Made by a program: the position numbers and the translations under genes. Shown here piece by piece: positions 18,308 through 28,258 of a DNA stretch of 64,000 nt. The notes below the pieces were generated by a model. That model saw nothing but the letters and a program-made list of their open reading frames with translations, made no database searches and was not told the DNA's origin. Source of the stretch: an uncultured Pseudomonadota bacterium (GTDB lineage: Bacteria; Pseudomonadota; Gammaproteobacteria; Steroidobacterales; Woeseiaceae); contig CAVZIU010000002.1 in the NCBI GenBank assembly GCA_963775455.1, positions 340,729 through 404,728 on the forward strand. Direction: 5' to 3'. The first letter of the stretch is position 1, and every line of letters begins with the position of its first letter.

Positions 18308-18399
18308 GTAGGAGCGGCTGTCAGCCGCGACCTGCACGCCGCTGGATTTCTACTCCTTCCCATTCGCGGCGCAAGCGCCGCTCCAGAAACCGCTCCAAC
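18308..18399. repeat. REP-type palindromic elements (GTAGGAGCG family), inverted pair plus a partial copy
   Basis: GTAGGAGCGGCTGTCAGCCGCGACC (18308-18332) is paired with the inverted TTCGCGGCGCAAGCGCCGCTCC (18363-18384). A partial CGCTCCAAC lies at 18391-18399. The same family recurs at 27954, 32897 and 45387. Confidence 0.7.
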
Positions 18400-18413
18400 G
18401 GTCCCGATATTCT

Positions 18414-18656
18414 TCAGGCCATCAGCTTCAGCGCGACGTACGGCGCGAGAAAGAAGACGATCACCAGGAGCTTGTGCCGCCCGAGGAAAGCGAACGACTC
18501 GGTCATGGCTGTCTGGTGGTCGACGCCGAAGAACCGGGAACTCACCGTCCCGACCAGCCCCTTGAACGTTATCAGGGCGGCGGCGGTGACTATATAGAAG
18601 GCCAGGTTCACGACCAGGCACCAGCCGATGAAGGTGGTCAGCGTTTCGAGGGTCAT
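18414..18656 (-). CDS. hypothetical small membrane protein (80 aa, 2-3 TM)
   Basis: MTLETLTTFIGWCLVVNLAFYIVTAAALITF...LLVIVFFLAPYVALKLMA. GC3 is high in this frame. I recognise no family with confidence. Confidence 0.65.
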   Translation of the reverse strand: MTLETLTTFIGWCLVVNLAFYIVTAAALITFKGLVGTVSSRFFGVDHQTAMTESFAFLGRHKLLVIVFFLAPYVALKLMA

Positions 18657-18702
18657 ATGCGCATCCCTTTGGCAAGACGAACATTGCGGCGCGACCGCGC
18701 TC

Positions 18703-19323
18703 CTACGATAACAGCTCCGTCACCGCCTTCAGGTCCGCGCGCTGCATCGGTTTGCCATCGACCGGGCTGAGCGGCGCCTGCCGGATACCGTCATATGGGA
18801 ACACCGTCGCCTGCACCGTCGCGCCGCCACAGGCAAATTCAAAGCCGGCAAACACGTCGAAGCGGTCCTTGCGGCTCTTCATCCGTCGCTCGTAGGTCCG
18901 GCAGGCAATGCCGGTGGTCTCGAGGTGCGTGCCGATCTCTTCGGCGCTGTCGCTGAATACGTGCAGGCTGATCGCCGAGTTCTCGTCCGCCGTGCCGTTC
19001 AGCACCGGCCCGACGAGGCGTGGCGAAAACGCCGACAGGATCTGCATCGCCGTCACGGCGGCAGTGCGCAAGCGCCGCAGCAGGGCCGGGTGCTCGCTCC
19101 CGCCGAATATGAGGTGGTAATCCTCGATCGCCTGCTCGATCTCGCCATTGCCCGGCAGGGAGCCGCGGTCCGTCAGCCCGAGACGCTCGGCCGCCTTGAG
19201 TTTCGCGGCATGATAGTCGCGCAGGCCCTGGGTCACGATGATGCGGGCCGTTTCCTGGGCGACGAGCCGCCGCTTGCGGTCGTGCCCGTTGTTGCGGTTT
19301 GTCTTGGGCTTGTTGCGAGGCAT
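18703..19323 (-). CDS. hypothetical protein (206 aa), possibly a degenerate minimal nucleotidyltransferase fold
   Basis: Starts MPRNKPKTNRNNGHDRKRR..., 2 nt after the mrcA stop, with high GC3. The segment GPVLNGTADENSAISLHVF resembles the GSxxxGxAxxxSDIDLxVF NTase motif, but the Asp residues are replaced. The longer 437-aa ORF-track version overlaps mrcA and is rejected. Confidence 0.6.
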   Translation of the reverse strand: MPRNKPKTNRNNGHDRKRRLVAQETARIIVTQGLRDYHAAKLKAAERLGLTDRGSLPGNGEIEQAIEDYHLIFGGSEHPALLRRLRTAAVTAMQILSAFSPRLVGPVLNGTADENSAISLHVFSDSAEEIGTHLETTGIACRTYERRMKSRKDRFDVFAGFEFACGGATVQATVFPYDGIRQAPLSPVDGKPMQRADLKAVTELLS

Positions 19324-19325
19324 GC

Positions 19326-21926
19326 TCAGAACAGGCTCTCGGGCTCGTCCTCCGCGTCTTCTTCTTCCGGCCGACCCGGCGTGTCGTAGCGCGTCGGGTC
19401 GTTGAAAATGTCGGGCAGATCCTGCACCGCCTCGCATTCCGGCAGCTGGTTCTCGCGGAAGTACTCGAACATCGAGTTCGGGTCGGTAGCGTCCGCCGGG
19501 CAGCCCGTCTCCCGGTTGATCTTGCGGCTGACGATGCCGTCGGGCATGTCCATCCGATGGTTGGGTACGCCCTGGTAGCCGATGCGCCCGAACTCCACCC
19601 AGATCGGCAGGGCAGTGCGCGAGCCTTCCTCTCCGGGGCCGAGGCCCTGGTCGTCGTCGTAGCCGACCCAGACGACGGCGGCGAGGTCGGCGTTGAAGCC
19701 GCCGAACCAGGCGTCGCGCCGGTCGTTGGACGTGCCCGTCTTGCCCGACAGATCCGTGCGTCCGAGCGCCATGGCACGGCGACCGGTGCCGCGCGCGACC
19801 ACGTCCCGCATCATGTCCTGGATCAGGAAAGCGTTCTGTTCGCTGATCGCCCGCGGTGCCTTGCGCACCTCCTCGAAGAGCGCCGCGTCCGTTGCTGCGT
19901 CCGGCCGGTAGTCCAGCGCCACGTCCGCCATTTCTTCGAGCGACAGCGGCTCGGGCGCCTCTTCGCCAAAAATCGGCTCGACATCGGCCTCTGCTTCGGC
20001 ATCGCATGCACGACACACCACCTGCGGCTCGGCCCGATAGAGTTCGGTGCCGTCCGGGCCGAAGATCGCGTCGATCGCATAGGGTTTCACGGCGTAACCT
20101 CCGTTCGCGAGCACCGAAAAGCCTTGGACCATGTCGAGCGGTGTGACATTGCCGCCGCCGAGAGCAAGCGAACCGTTGCGCGGCAATGCCGCGTCGCTGA
20201 AACCGAATTTGGCGATGTGCTTGACCGCACTGCCGATACCCGTGTTGTACAGCAGCAGCCGTACCGACACGAGATTCATGGAGCGCGTGAGCGCCTCGCG
20301 CAGGCGGGTCGGGCCGTAGAAGCGCCCGGTGTAGTTGATGGGACGCCAGTCCGCTTCGAGTTCCGAAGATCGGATGACGACCGGCGAATCATCGATGACC
20401 GTCGCAGGCGTATTGCCTTCTTCGAGCGCCGCCGAATAGATGAATGGTTTGAAGGACGATCCGGGCTGCCGGAAGGCTTGCGTGACGCGATTGAATTTGC
20501 TGGTCGCGAAGTCGAATCCGCCGGCCAGGCTAGTGATCGCGCCGTCGTCAGGATCCATCGAGACGATCGCGGCCTGTGCCTCGGGTACCTGCGCCAGCGC
20601 CCAGCTCTTATTTGCGGTCGGCATGACGTACACGATGTCGCCGGGCTCGAGTACATCGCTTACCGCCTTCGGCTCCGGCCCGGTCGTCTCGCGGTCGACG
20701 AAGGGTTTCGCCCAGCGGATTCCGGCCCACGGGATGGTTAGGCGCGCACCGCCGCTGGCGACCACGTCGGCGCTGTTGTTATCGCTGACCGCGACGACCA
20801 GTGCGACGGACAGTCCGCCGGGCGCATATTGTTCGAGGTCGTCCCGCAGGCTGCCCGGCCATTCTTCATAAGGTGTGGCAAGCAGCGCGTCGTCGAGGTC
20901 GACGCGTTTGATCGGTCCCCGGTAGCCGTGCCGCCGCGAGAATTCCAGGAGGCCGTTCTTCAGCGCCCAGGTCGAGGCGTACTGCAGCCGTGAATCAAGC
21001 GTCGTCACGACCTGGTAGCCATCCGTGTAGGTGTTCTCGCCGTAACGCTTCAGCATCTCGCGCCGCACCATCTCGGCGACGAAGTCGGCGTGCAGTTGTA
21101 CCGCTGCGCCATGCAGCCGCGATTCCATCGGTACGGCCATCGCCTCCTCGAATTCCGCCTCGCTGATGAAGTCGAGATTGCGCATGCGGTCGAGCACGTA
21201 GCCGCGGCGTATGGTCGCGCTGTCCGCGCTGCGCACCGGGTTGTAACGCGATGGTGCAGGGAGCACGCCCGCAAGTGTCGCGGCTTCCGCGATGCTCAGG
21301 TCCTCGAGTTCCTTGTCGAAGAATACCTGCGCGGCTGCCGATACCCCGTAGGCCCGCTGCCCGAAGAACATCTTGTTCAGGAACAGTTCCATGATCTGTT
21401 CCTTGCTGAATTCGTTCTCGATCTGTACGGCCAGCGCCGCTTCCTTGAACTTGCGCTCCATGGTCTGGTCGAGATTCAGGAAATAGCTGCGGGCGAGCTG
21501 CTGGGTCAGGGTGCTGCCGCCGCTTTCCACCTGGCCGGTCGTGAGCAGCTGGATCGCCGCGCGCAGTACGCCGCGGTAGTCGATGCCCGGGTGTTCGAAG
21601 AAGCGCCGGTCCTCGGCGGCGATGAACGCCTGGACGACGTGCGCCGGCACCTCGTCGTAGTCCACCAGGAGCCGCCGGTGCTGGCCGATCTCCTCGATCA
21701 GGTAGCCGTCACGGCTGAAGATCCGCAACGGAATTTGCAGGGGAATATCGCGTATAGTTTCCGCTTGCGGGAGCGACGGCGACACATAGTAATAAGCGCC
21801 GATGACGCCGGCCACGGCGCCGATCCCGAGAACCGTCCCGAGCCCCAGGACCAGCAGCAGGATCCTGGGCAGCCGCGTAGCGGACTTGTGACCTGCGTTC
21901 TTGTTGGGGGCGTTTCTCTGGCGCAT
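19326..21926 (-). CDS. mrcA: penicillin-binding protein 1A (bifunctional transglycosylase/transpeptidase)
   Basis: Glycosyltransferase motifs (AAEDRRFFEHPGIDY, GGSTLTQQLAR) and transpeptidase motifs (SSFKPF, KTGTSND). The start is trimmed to MRQRNAPNKNAGHK... at 21926. It is divergent from pilM, as in Pseudomonas. Confidence 0.95.
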   Translation of the reverse strand: MRQRNAPNKNAGHKSATRLPRILLLVLGLGTVLGIGAVAGVIGAYYYVSPSLPQAETIRDIPLQIPLRIFSRDGYLIEEIGQHRRLLVDYDEVPAHVVQAFIAAEDRRFFEHPGIDYRGVLRAAIQLLTTGQVESGGSTLTQQLARSYFLNLDQTMERKFKEAALAVQIENEFSKEQIMELFLNKMFFGQRAYGVSAAAQVFFDKELEDLSIAEAATLAGVLPAPSRYNPVRSADSATIRRGYVLDRMRNLDFISEAEFEEAMAVPMESRLHGAAVQLHADFVAEMVRREMLKRYGENTYTDGYQVVTTLDSRLQYASTWALKNGLLEFSRRHGYRGPIKRVDLDDALLATPYEEWPGSLRDDLEQYAPGGLSVALVVAVSDNNSADVVASGGARLTIPWAGIRWAKPFVDRETTGPEPKAVSDVLEPGDIVYVMPTANKSWALAQVPEAQAAIVSMDPDDGAITSLAGGFDFATSKFNRVTQAFRQPGSSFKPFIYSAALEEGNTPATVIDDSPVVIRSSELEADWRPINYTGRFYGPTRLREALTRSMNLVSVRLLLYNTGIGSAVKHIAKFGFSDAALPRNGSLALGGGNVTPLDMVQGFSVLANGGYAVKPYAIDAIFGPDGTELYRAEPQVVCRACDAEAEADVEPIFGEEAPEPLSLEEMADVALDYRPDAATDAALFEEVRKAPRAISEQNAFLIQDMMRDVVARGTGRRAMALGRTDLSGKTGTSNDRRDAWFGGFNADLAAVVWVGYDDDQGLGPGEEGSRTALPIWVEFGRIGYQGVPNHRMDMPDGIVSRKINRETGCPADATDPNSMFEYFRENQLPECEAVQDLPDIFNDPTRYDTPGRPEEEDAEDEPESLF

Positions 21927-22323
21927 AGTCGCTGGCGTTTCGAGGCTAACGCCCTGATTTTTCGGGGCGCTGACTGAGGACTTTGAACTTAGTCTGTGTC
22001 GGATGCGTGTTCGGAATGTGGCAGTCCGGTGCGGACTGCCCGGTCGGATGATAGCCACCGCGCGGCGCGAGCCGCAACGTTCGATTCGCCGCCGGCAGCT
22101 CCTACGGGGAACGCGGGAGCAGAAAAGCGGCGAATCGACGGTTCGCACAAAGAGTCGCCGACTAGTTCACAGAATACGGTGTCGCCGATGAGTAACATGC
22201 GTTCCCCTGGCCGTAATCTATAGTCAGGATTTATTTATCATTTGCCTGATATATGGTTAAATCGCGTTGCTAAGGCCCGGGCTACGTTTGGCTCGCAAGT
22301 TGCCGACTTGAAAGGGAAAAGCA

Positions 22324-23385
22324 GTGTTATTCGGAAAAAAATCACAACCGTTGTTGGGCCTCGATATCACGACCTCGTCGGTCAAGCTGATCGAGCTGTC
22401 GCAGAGCGGCAAGCGCTATCGAGTGGAGTCCTATTCGGCGGAGCCGACACCGCCGAGTTCGGTCAGTGAAAAGGCCATCGTCGATGCCAAGGCGGTCGGC
22501 GAAGCCATCCGCCGCGCCGTCAAGCGTGCCGGCGCGAAGGCCACCGACGTAGCTGTCGCGATCAGCGGCGATGCGGCGATTACCAAGATCATCCAGATGC
22601 CGTCGAGTCTCTCGGAACGCGAGCTCGAAGGCCAGGTCGAGATCCAGGCCGACCAGTACATCCCGTTCCCGATGGAAGAAGTGAGCTTCGATTACGAAGT
22701 CATCGGGCCGAACGAGAAGGACCCCGAGCTCATGGACGTCCTGCTGGTCGCGACCCGTACCGACAACGTCGAACAGCGCCAGGCCGCGGTGACCGCCGCC
22801 GGCCTGAACACCGCTGTCGTCGACGTCGAGGCCTTCGCGCTGGAGAACGCCTGCCAGCTCATGAGCCACCAGCTCCCGGACGGCGGCATCGGCCACTCGG
22901 TCGCGGTCGTCGACATCGGCGCGTCGTCGACCACGTTCAGCGTGCTCGCCGACCTGAAGGTCGTCTATACGCGCGATTTCAACTTCGGCGGCCAGCAGCT
23001 GACCGAGGAAATCATGCGGACCTACGGCCTGTCGATGGAAGACGCCGGCCGCGCGAAAAAGCAGGGCGGCCTGCCTTCGAATTACCAGCCTGAGGTGCTG
23101 GAGCCCTTCATCGACGACATGACGCAGCAGGTCAGCCGTTCACTGCAATTCTTTCTGGCCTCGGGCGGCGGCCGCGAGCAGCCGGACATGATCCTGGTCT
23201 GCGGCGGCTGCGCGAACATCCCGGGCATCGCGGATGTCATCTCGAGCCGCGTCGGTATCCCGACGGAAGTCGGTGACCCGCTCGGCCAGATGAAGATTTC
23301 GTCCAAGGCCAAGTCGCAGGGCGTGCACAAGGACGCGACCGCGCTCCTGACGGCGTGCGGCCTGGCGTTGAGGAGCTTCGACTGA
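22324..23385 (+). CDS. pilM: type IV pilus assembly protein PilM
   Basis: Actin/FtsA-like ATPase fold and first gene of pilMNOPQ. It uses a GTG start. Confidence 0.95.
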   Translation: MLFGKKSQPLLGLDITTSSVKLIELSQSGKRYRVESYSAEPTPPSSVSEKAIVDAKAVGEAIRRAVKRAGAKATDVAVAISGDAAITKIIQMPSSLSERELEGQVEIQADQYIPFPMEEVSFDYEVIGPNEKDPELMDVLLVATRTDNVEQRQAAVTAAGLNTAVVDVEAFALENACQLMSHQLPDGGIGHSVAVVDIGASSTTFSVLADLKVVYTRDFNFGGQQLTEEIMRTYGLSMEDAGRAKKQGGLPSNYQPEVLEPFIDDMTQQVSRSLQFFLASGGGREQPDMILVCGGCANIPGIADVISSRVGIPTEVGDPLGQMKISSKAKSQGVHKDATALLTACGLALRSFD

Positions 23386-23386
23386 C

Positions 23387-23953
23387 ATGCCACGTATAAA
23401 TCTACTTCCCTGGCGCGAAGAAGAGCGCAAGCGGCGCCAACGCGAATTCGGCGTCGCGGTCGTCGGGTCCGTTGTTTCCGCTGCCGTCGTCGTGGCACTG
23501 GCGATATTCGCTTTCGGCCAGATGATCGCTGCCCAGAACGCACGCAACGAACGCCTGAAAACGGAAATCACCGCTCTCGAGAAGAGCATTACCGAGATCG
23601 ACGGGCTCGAGCGGCAAAAGGAACGGCTGCTTGCGCGCATGGAGATCATCGACCAGCTTCAGAAGAGCCGTCCGGAGATCGTGCACTTGTTCGACGAAGT
23701 TGCGCGGCAGCTTCCGGAAGGCGTGTACCTGACCGGCATGAAGCAGACCGGCACGCGTATCGAAGTTCAGGGCATTGCGCAGTCGAGCACGCGCGTGTCA
23801 GCACTGATGCGCCAGGTCGACTCGTCCGAGTGGCTCTCCGACCCGGAAGTGCAGAAGGTCGAGACCACGACTTCGGGCAATTCGCGTCAGGCCGAATTCA
23901 CCGTGTACCTGAAGCAGGTGAGCACGGATGCTGACGAGGAGGAGGCGGAATGA
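23387..23953 (+). CDS. pilN: type IV pilus assembly protein PilN
   Basis: MPRINLLPWREEERKRR followed by a single TM helix; position in the operon. Confidence 0.9.
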   Translation: MPRINLLPWREEERKRRQREFGVAVVGSVVSAAVVVALAIFAFGQMIAAQNARNERLKTEITALEKSITEIDGLERQKERLLARMEIIDQLQKSRPEIVHLFDEVARQLPEGVYLTGMKQTGTRIEVQGIAQSSTRVSALMRQVDSSEWLSDPEVQKVETTTSGNSRQAEFTVYLKQVSTDADEEEAE

Positions 23954-24546
23954 ACGTCGTTGACCAACTCCGGACCCTGGACGTCAATGACGTCGGGCGC
24001 TGGCCGCTGCCATTCCGTCTCGGGGTAATAGGGCTGGTATTCCTGCTGGTCGTGGGCCTTGGCATCTATTGGTTCATCGTCAAGGACAAGCAGCCGATTC
24101 TCGAGCGCGCCAGGCAGGAGGAAGTTGCTTATCGCGAAACCTTCGAGAACAAGCAGCGCAAGGCCGCGAATTACGATGCCTACAGGGCTCAGCTCGCGCA
24201 GATCGAGCAGTCGTTCGGCACCATGCTGCGCCAGCTGCCGGGTGAAACCGAGATCCCGAGCCTGATCGTCGACATTTCTCAGACTGGCCTCGGCGCTGGG
24301 CTGCAGGAGCGGCTGTTCGAGCCGCAGTCGGAGATACCGAAAGATTTCTATGCCGAGAAGCCGATCAAGATCCGGCTGACCGGCGGATACCACGAAATTG
24401 CGCGCTTCGTCAGCGGAATCGCGGCGCTGCCTCGTATCGTGACATTGCACAACATCGTGATCTCGCGCGAGAACCCCGAGAGTTTTGATCAGCTGAGCAT
24501 GGAAGTGACCGCGCAGACGTACCGTTATCTCGAGGAGGCGCAATAA
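23950..24546 (+). CDS. pilO: type IV pilus assembly protein PilO
   Basis: PilO-like features (TM helix, coiled coil, ...IRLTGGYHEIARFVSGIAALPRIVTL). Its start overlaps the pilN stop. Confidence 0.9.
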   Translation: MNVVDQLRTLDVNDVGRWPLPFRLGVIGLVFLLVVGLGIYWFIVKDKQPILERARQEEVAYRETFENKQRKAANYDAYRAQLAQIEQSFGTMLRQLPGETEIPSLIVDISQTGLGAGLQERLFEPQSEIPKDFYAEKPIKIRLTGGYHEIARFVSGIAALPRIVTLHNIVISRENPESFDQLSMEVTAQTYRYLEEAQ

Positions 24547-25070
24547 TGAAAGCTTCTCTGATGGCGAGGCACGGTGCACTACTCGCCATGGCAGTTCTCG
24601 GCCTGGCGGCCTGCGGCGGCGACATGGACGAGCTGGACGAGTACATCAATACCGTCAAGGCGCGTCCGGGCGGCCGTATCGAGCCGCTGCCCGAGATCAC
24701 CCCTTACGAAGTCTTCACTTACATGGCCGATAACCAAGGTGTCCGCTCGCCGTTCCTGCCGGATACGCCGCAATCGGCGGGGCCTTCGGGCGGCACGCGC
24801 CCGGACCCGGACCGGCCGCGGGAATACCTCGAGCAGTACTCGCTGGATACGCTCAACATGGTCGGCACCATGAACGTCGGGGACACGGACTACGGCCTCG
24901 TGCAAACCACCGACGGCCTGATTCATCGCGTACTGCCCGGCAACTATTTGGGCCAGAACGACGGACGCATCGTCGGCATCGATGAATCGAAGATCGCACT
25001 GGTAGAGATTATTTCGGACGGGATCGGCGGCTATATCGAGAGAGACGCCGCAATAAGTCTTACGGACTGA
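24546..25070 (+). CDS. pilP: type IV pilus assembly lipoprotein PilP
   Basis: Lipobox LAACGG; position between pilO and pilQ. Confidence 0.85.
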   Translation: MKASLMARHGALLAMAVLGLAACGGDMDELDEYINTVKARPGGRIEPLPEITPYEVFTYMADNQGVRSPFLPDTPQSAGPSGGTRPDPDRPREYLEQYSLDTLNMVGTMNVGDTDYGLVQTTDGLIHRVLPGNYLGQNDGRIVGIDESKIALVEIISDGIGGYIERDAAISLTD

Positions 25071-25077
25071 TGCCTGA

Positions 25078-27285
25078 ATGGAACTGGGAGTAATGGGAAT
25101 GACGCTCAAAAGCAATCGGACGGCCTCGCATCGCATCGCGATAATTCGAGTGTCCGCAATGGCACAGGCCGCGATTCTGTTTCTGGCCGGGATGGCCGCC
25201 AGCGCGCAGGAGGGCAATCGACTCCAGGATATCCAGGTGCAGACCCTGCCCGGACAGCGGGTGGAACTGAAACTCATCATGAGCGAAGCAGCTCCGGAGC
25301 CGATGGCGTTCACCATCGACAATCCCGCGCGTATCGCGATCGACCTGCCGGACACCGCACTCGGAATGACGTCGCGGCGCCGCGACGTGAACCTGGGCCC
25401 GCTCGACACGGTGCTGACCGCGGAAGCAAATGGCCGCACGCGAGTGGTCCTGAACCTCGACACTATGGTCGGCTACCAGACCCGGCGCGAAGGCAACGCG
25501 ATATTCGTGACTCTCGGTGATGGACAAAGCTACAGCGACGGAACCACCCAGTTCGCCGCCGCTCCGACGTCCTCGCCGTCGCCGCAGTCCGCCACCTCCG
25601 GCACAGCCGGCCGTGCGATCACCAACGTCGACTTCCGCCGCACCCGTGATGGTGGTGGCCGTGTCGTCGTCAACCTGACCGACCCCGGCACACCGGTCGA
25701 CATCCGCCAGGAAGGCGGCCGCGTCGTGGCGATCTTCAAGGACACGGCCCTGCCGGCAGAAATGATGCGCCGTCTGGACGTCATGGATTTCGCGACACCG
25801 GTAACGACCGTCGACACGCTGCGTACCAATCTCGACACGCGCATCGTGATTACCGCTGAAGGCAAGTACGAGCAGATGGCCTACCAGTCCGACAACGAGT
25901 TCACGATCGAAGTGAACCCGGTTGCGGAGCAAGCCGGCACCGAATCGACATTGTTCTCGGACAGCAAGGAATACGAAGGCCAGCGCCTGACCCTGAACTT
26001 CCAGGACATCGAGACGCGCGCCGTGCTGCAGCTGCTGGCCGAGACCTCGGGCAAGAACATCGTGGTCTCCGACACCGTGCAGGGCAACGTCACGCTTCGC
26101 CTGCGCAACGTACCCTGGGACCAGGCCCTCGACATCGTGATGACGACCAAGGGCCTCGACATGCGTCAGAACGGCAACGTGATCATCGTCGCGCCGGCGG
26201 AGGAAATCGCCGCCCGTGAAACGGCCGATCTCGAAGCCAAGCAGGCCATCAGCGAACTCGAGCCTCTGTATTCCGAGTTCCTGCAGGTCAATTATGCAAA
26301 GGCTTCCGACCTCCAGTCGCTGATCTCCGGCGACGATGAAAATGCCATGCTGTCGGAGCGCGGCAGCATCGCAGTAGACGAACGCACCAACACGCTGCTC
26401 GTGACGGACACGGCGCTGCGTCTGCAGGACATCCGCCGGATGGTCCAGACGCTCGACATCCCGATCAAGCAGGTGCTGATCGAGTCGCGCATCGTGGTCG
26501 TGAACGACGACTTCAGCCGCGACCTCGGTGTACGCCTCGGCGTGACCGGCAACAATATCGGCAGCGACACGATCACGGTCTGGAGCGGCACGGGCGAAGC
26601 CACGAACAACTACCTGGGCTCGATCCTGGAATCCGCGAACGACCCGACGGGCCAGACCCCGGTGCTTCTGCCGGCCCTGGCGAGCCGTTACAACGTGAAC
26701 GTGCCGATCGCGGAGCCGGCAGGCCGCTTCTCGCTGGCCGTACTCGGCGAGGACTACCTGGTCGATCTCGAGCTGACGGCCCTGGAAGCGGAAGGACGCG
26801 GCGAGATCGTGTCGACCCCGCGTGTCATCACGGCCAACCAGAAGGAAGCGATCATCGAGCAGGGCGTGGAAATTCCATACCAGCAGTCAGCTTCCTCGGG
26901 TGCCACGACGATCCAGTTCAAGAAGGCAGTGCTGAGCCTGACGGTCACTCCGCAGATCACGCCGGACAACAACATCATCATGGACCTGAAGGTGCACAAG
27001 GATAACGTCGGCGACATCATTTCGACCGGCGGCCTGGGCGGTACGGTGCCGAGTATCGACACACGCGCCGTCGAAACGCAGGTCCTGGTGGCCGACGGCC
27101 AGACAGTCGTCCTCGGCGGCATCTACGAGACGGAGCGTCGCGAGACGATCAACAAAGTGCCGTTCCTCGGCGACATCCCGTTCGTGGGAGTGGCATTCCG
27201 CAGCAAGCAGCGTGTCGACAACAAGGCTGAGCTGCTGATCTTCGTGACGCCGCGCATCCTCGACGAGGGCGGCAGCATCTACTGA
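25078..27285 (+). CDS. pilQ: type IV pilus secretin PilQ
   Basis: 735 aa with AMIN-like N-terminal repeats and a secretin C-terminal domain (...VPFLGDIPFVGVAFRS...ELLIFVTPRIL). Confidence 0.95.
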   Translation: MELGVMGMTLKSNRTASHRIAIIRVSAMAQAAILFLAGMAASAQEGNRLQDIQVQTLPGQRVELKLIMSEAAPEPMAFTIDNPARIAIDLPDTALGMTSRRRDVNLGPLDTVLTAEANGRTRVVLNLDTMVGYQTRREGNAIFVTLGDGQSYSDGTTQFAAAPTSSPSPQSATSGTAGRAITNVDFRRTRDGGGRVVVNLTDPGTPVDIRQEGGRVVAIFKDTALPAEMMRRLDVMDFATPVTTVDTLRTNLDTRIVITAEGKYEQMAYQSDNEFTIEVNPVAEQAGTESTLFSDSKEYEGQRLTLNFQDIETRAVLQLLAETSGKNIVVSDTVQGNVTLRLRNVPWDQALDIVMTTKGLDMRQNGNVIIVAPAEEIAARETADLEAKQAISELEPLYSEFLQVNYAKASDLQSLISGDDENAMLSERGSIAVDERTNTLLVTDTALRLQDIRRMVQTLDIPIKQVLIESRIVVVNDDFSRDLGVRLGVTGNNIGSDTITVWSGTGEATNNYLGSILESANDPTGQTPVLLPALASRYNVNVPIAEPAGRFSLAVLGEDYLVDLELTALEAEGRGEIVSTPRVITANQKEAIIEQGVEIPYQQSASSGATTIQFKKAVLSLTVTPQITPDNNIIMDLKVHKDNVGDIISTGGLGGTVPSIDTRAVETQVLVADGQTVVLGGIYETERRETINKVPFLGDIPFVGVAFRSKQRVDNKAELLIFVTPRILDEGGSIY

Positions 27286-27381
27286 TCTCGACACGGGCAG
27301 CGCGAGACGGCATGATCTCGCACCGCCCGAATCGCAGCTCTATGCGCAAAACCGGTTTTTGAAGGGACTTACGGCCCTCTG

Positions 27382-27411
27382 AAAGCCAACCTTCGGGTTG
27401 GCTTTCCTTTT
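27382..27411 (+). terminator. rho-independent terminator between pilQ and aroK
   Basis: AAAGCCAACC-TTCG-GGTTGGCTTT (a 10-bp stem with a TTCG tetraloop), followed by CCTTTT. Confidence 0.6.
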
Positions 27412-27433
27412 GCGGGACCCGAAACTTCACGGC

Positions 27434-27949
27434 ATGAAAAACCCGAAGAACGTATTCCTGATCGGACCGATGGGCGCTGGCAAGTCCGCGGTCGGCCGGC
27501 ATCTTGCCCGATCGCTGCACCTGGCCTTCGTCGACAGCGACGATGAGATCGAATCGCGCACCGGTGTCGACATCCCATATATTTTCGAGAAGGAAGGCGA
27601 GGCCGGCTTCCGCGTACGAGAGAAGAAGGTCATCGACGACCTGTCGCGGATGGACGGCATCGTCCTCGCGACCGGCGGTGGCGCGATCGTCGATGCGGAC
27701 AGCCGGGCACGTCTCGGTGCGCGCGGCTTCGTCGTCTACCTCAAAACCGGCATCGAGCAGCAACTGACCCGCACCCGCCGCGGCCGCGAACGGCCGCTGC
27801 TCGACAACGAGGATCCGCGCGGCACACTCGAATTACTGATGCGCGTGCGCGAACCTCTCTACGCCGAGATCGCGGACCTGACCGTCGACACCGACGGCCG
27901 CAAGGTGCACGCGGTCGCAACGCAGATCCTCGACACCATCCGCGTGTAA
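27434..27949 (+). CDS. aroK: shikimate kinase
   Basis: The internal start gives MKNPKNVFLIGPMGAGKSAVGRHLA... It follows pilQ, as in Pseudomonas. Confidence 0.9.
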   Translation: MKNPKNVFLIGPMGAGKSAVGRHLARSLHLAFVDSDDEIESRTGVDIPYIFEKEGEAGFRVREKKVIDDLSRMDGIVLATGGGAIVDADSRARLGARGFVVYLKTGIEQQLTRTRRGRERPLLDNEDPRGTLELLMRVREPLYAEIADLTVDTDGRKVHAVATQILDTIRV

Positions 27950-27953
27950 CGCT

Positions 27954-28108
27954 GTCGGAGCGCCGCACGGACGCGACCGTGATCTTGTTGGAGTGCCCCG
28001 TGGACGCGACCTTATCTCGTTGGAGCGCCCCGTGGAGCCGACCCTGATCTTGTTGGAGCGCCCCGTGGAGGCGACCCTGATCTTGTTGGAGCGCCCCATG
28101 GGCGCGAC
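27954..28108. repeat. tandem array of about 4.7 copies of a 33-nt REP-type unit
   Basis: The unit is GTTGGAGCGCCCCGTGGAGGCGACCCTGATCTT. Copies start at 27954, 27987, 28019, 28052 and 28085, with a period of 32-33 nt. The last copy carries the perfect hairpin GCGCCC-CAT-GGGCGC. Confidence 0.85.
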
Positions 28109-28258
28109 AGGACGGCGACCGCTACGCCACGGATGCGAGACTTTCGAGTTTTGTAGTGAGAAACTTCCGGTGCTGACCCCAAGCGGCCGGTGAAATGAAC
28201 TGCTCAATCCTGGTCCTGGTATTGACCATCGGTAGCCTGATTTCGTGCTGGATGCCTT

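Noticed and set aside
27954-28108. The 33-nt tandem array as a possible CRISPR array.
   Set aside because: The units are directly adjacent with no unique spacers. There are no cas genes. The unit belongs to the dispersed REP family seen elsewhere in the window.
27993-28193. A 66-aa ORF with a repeated LERPVE... peptide.
   Set aside because: It is simply the translation of the REP tandem array, not a gene.
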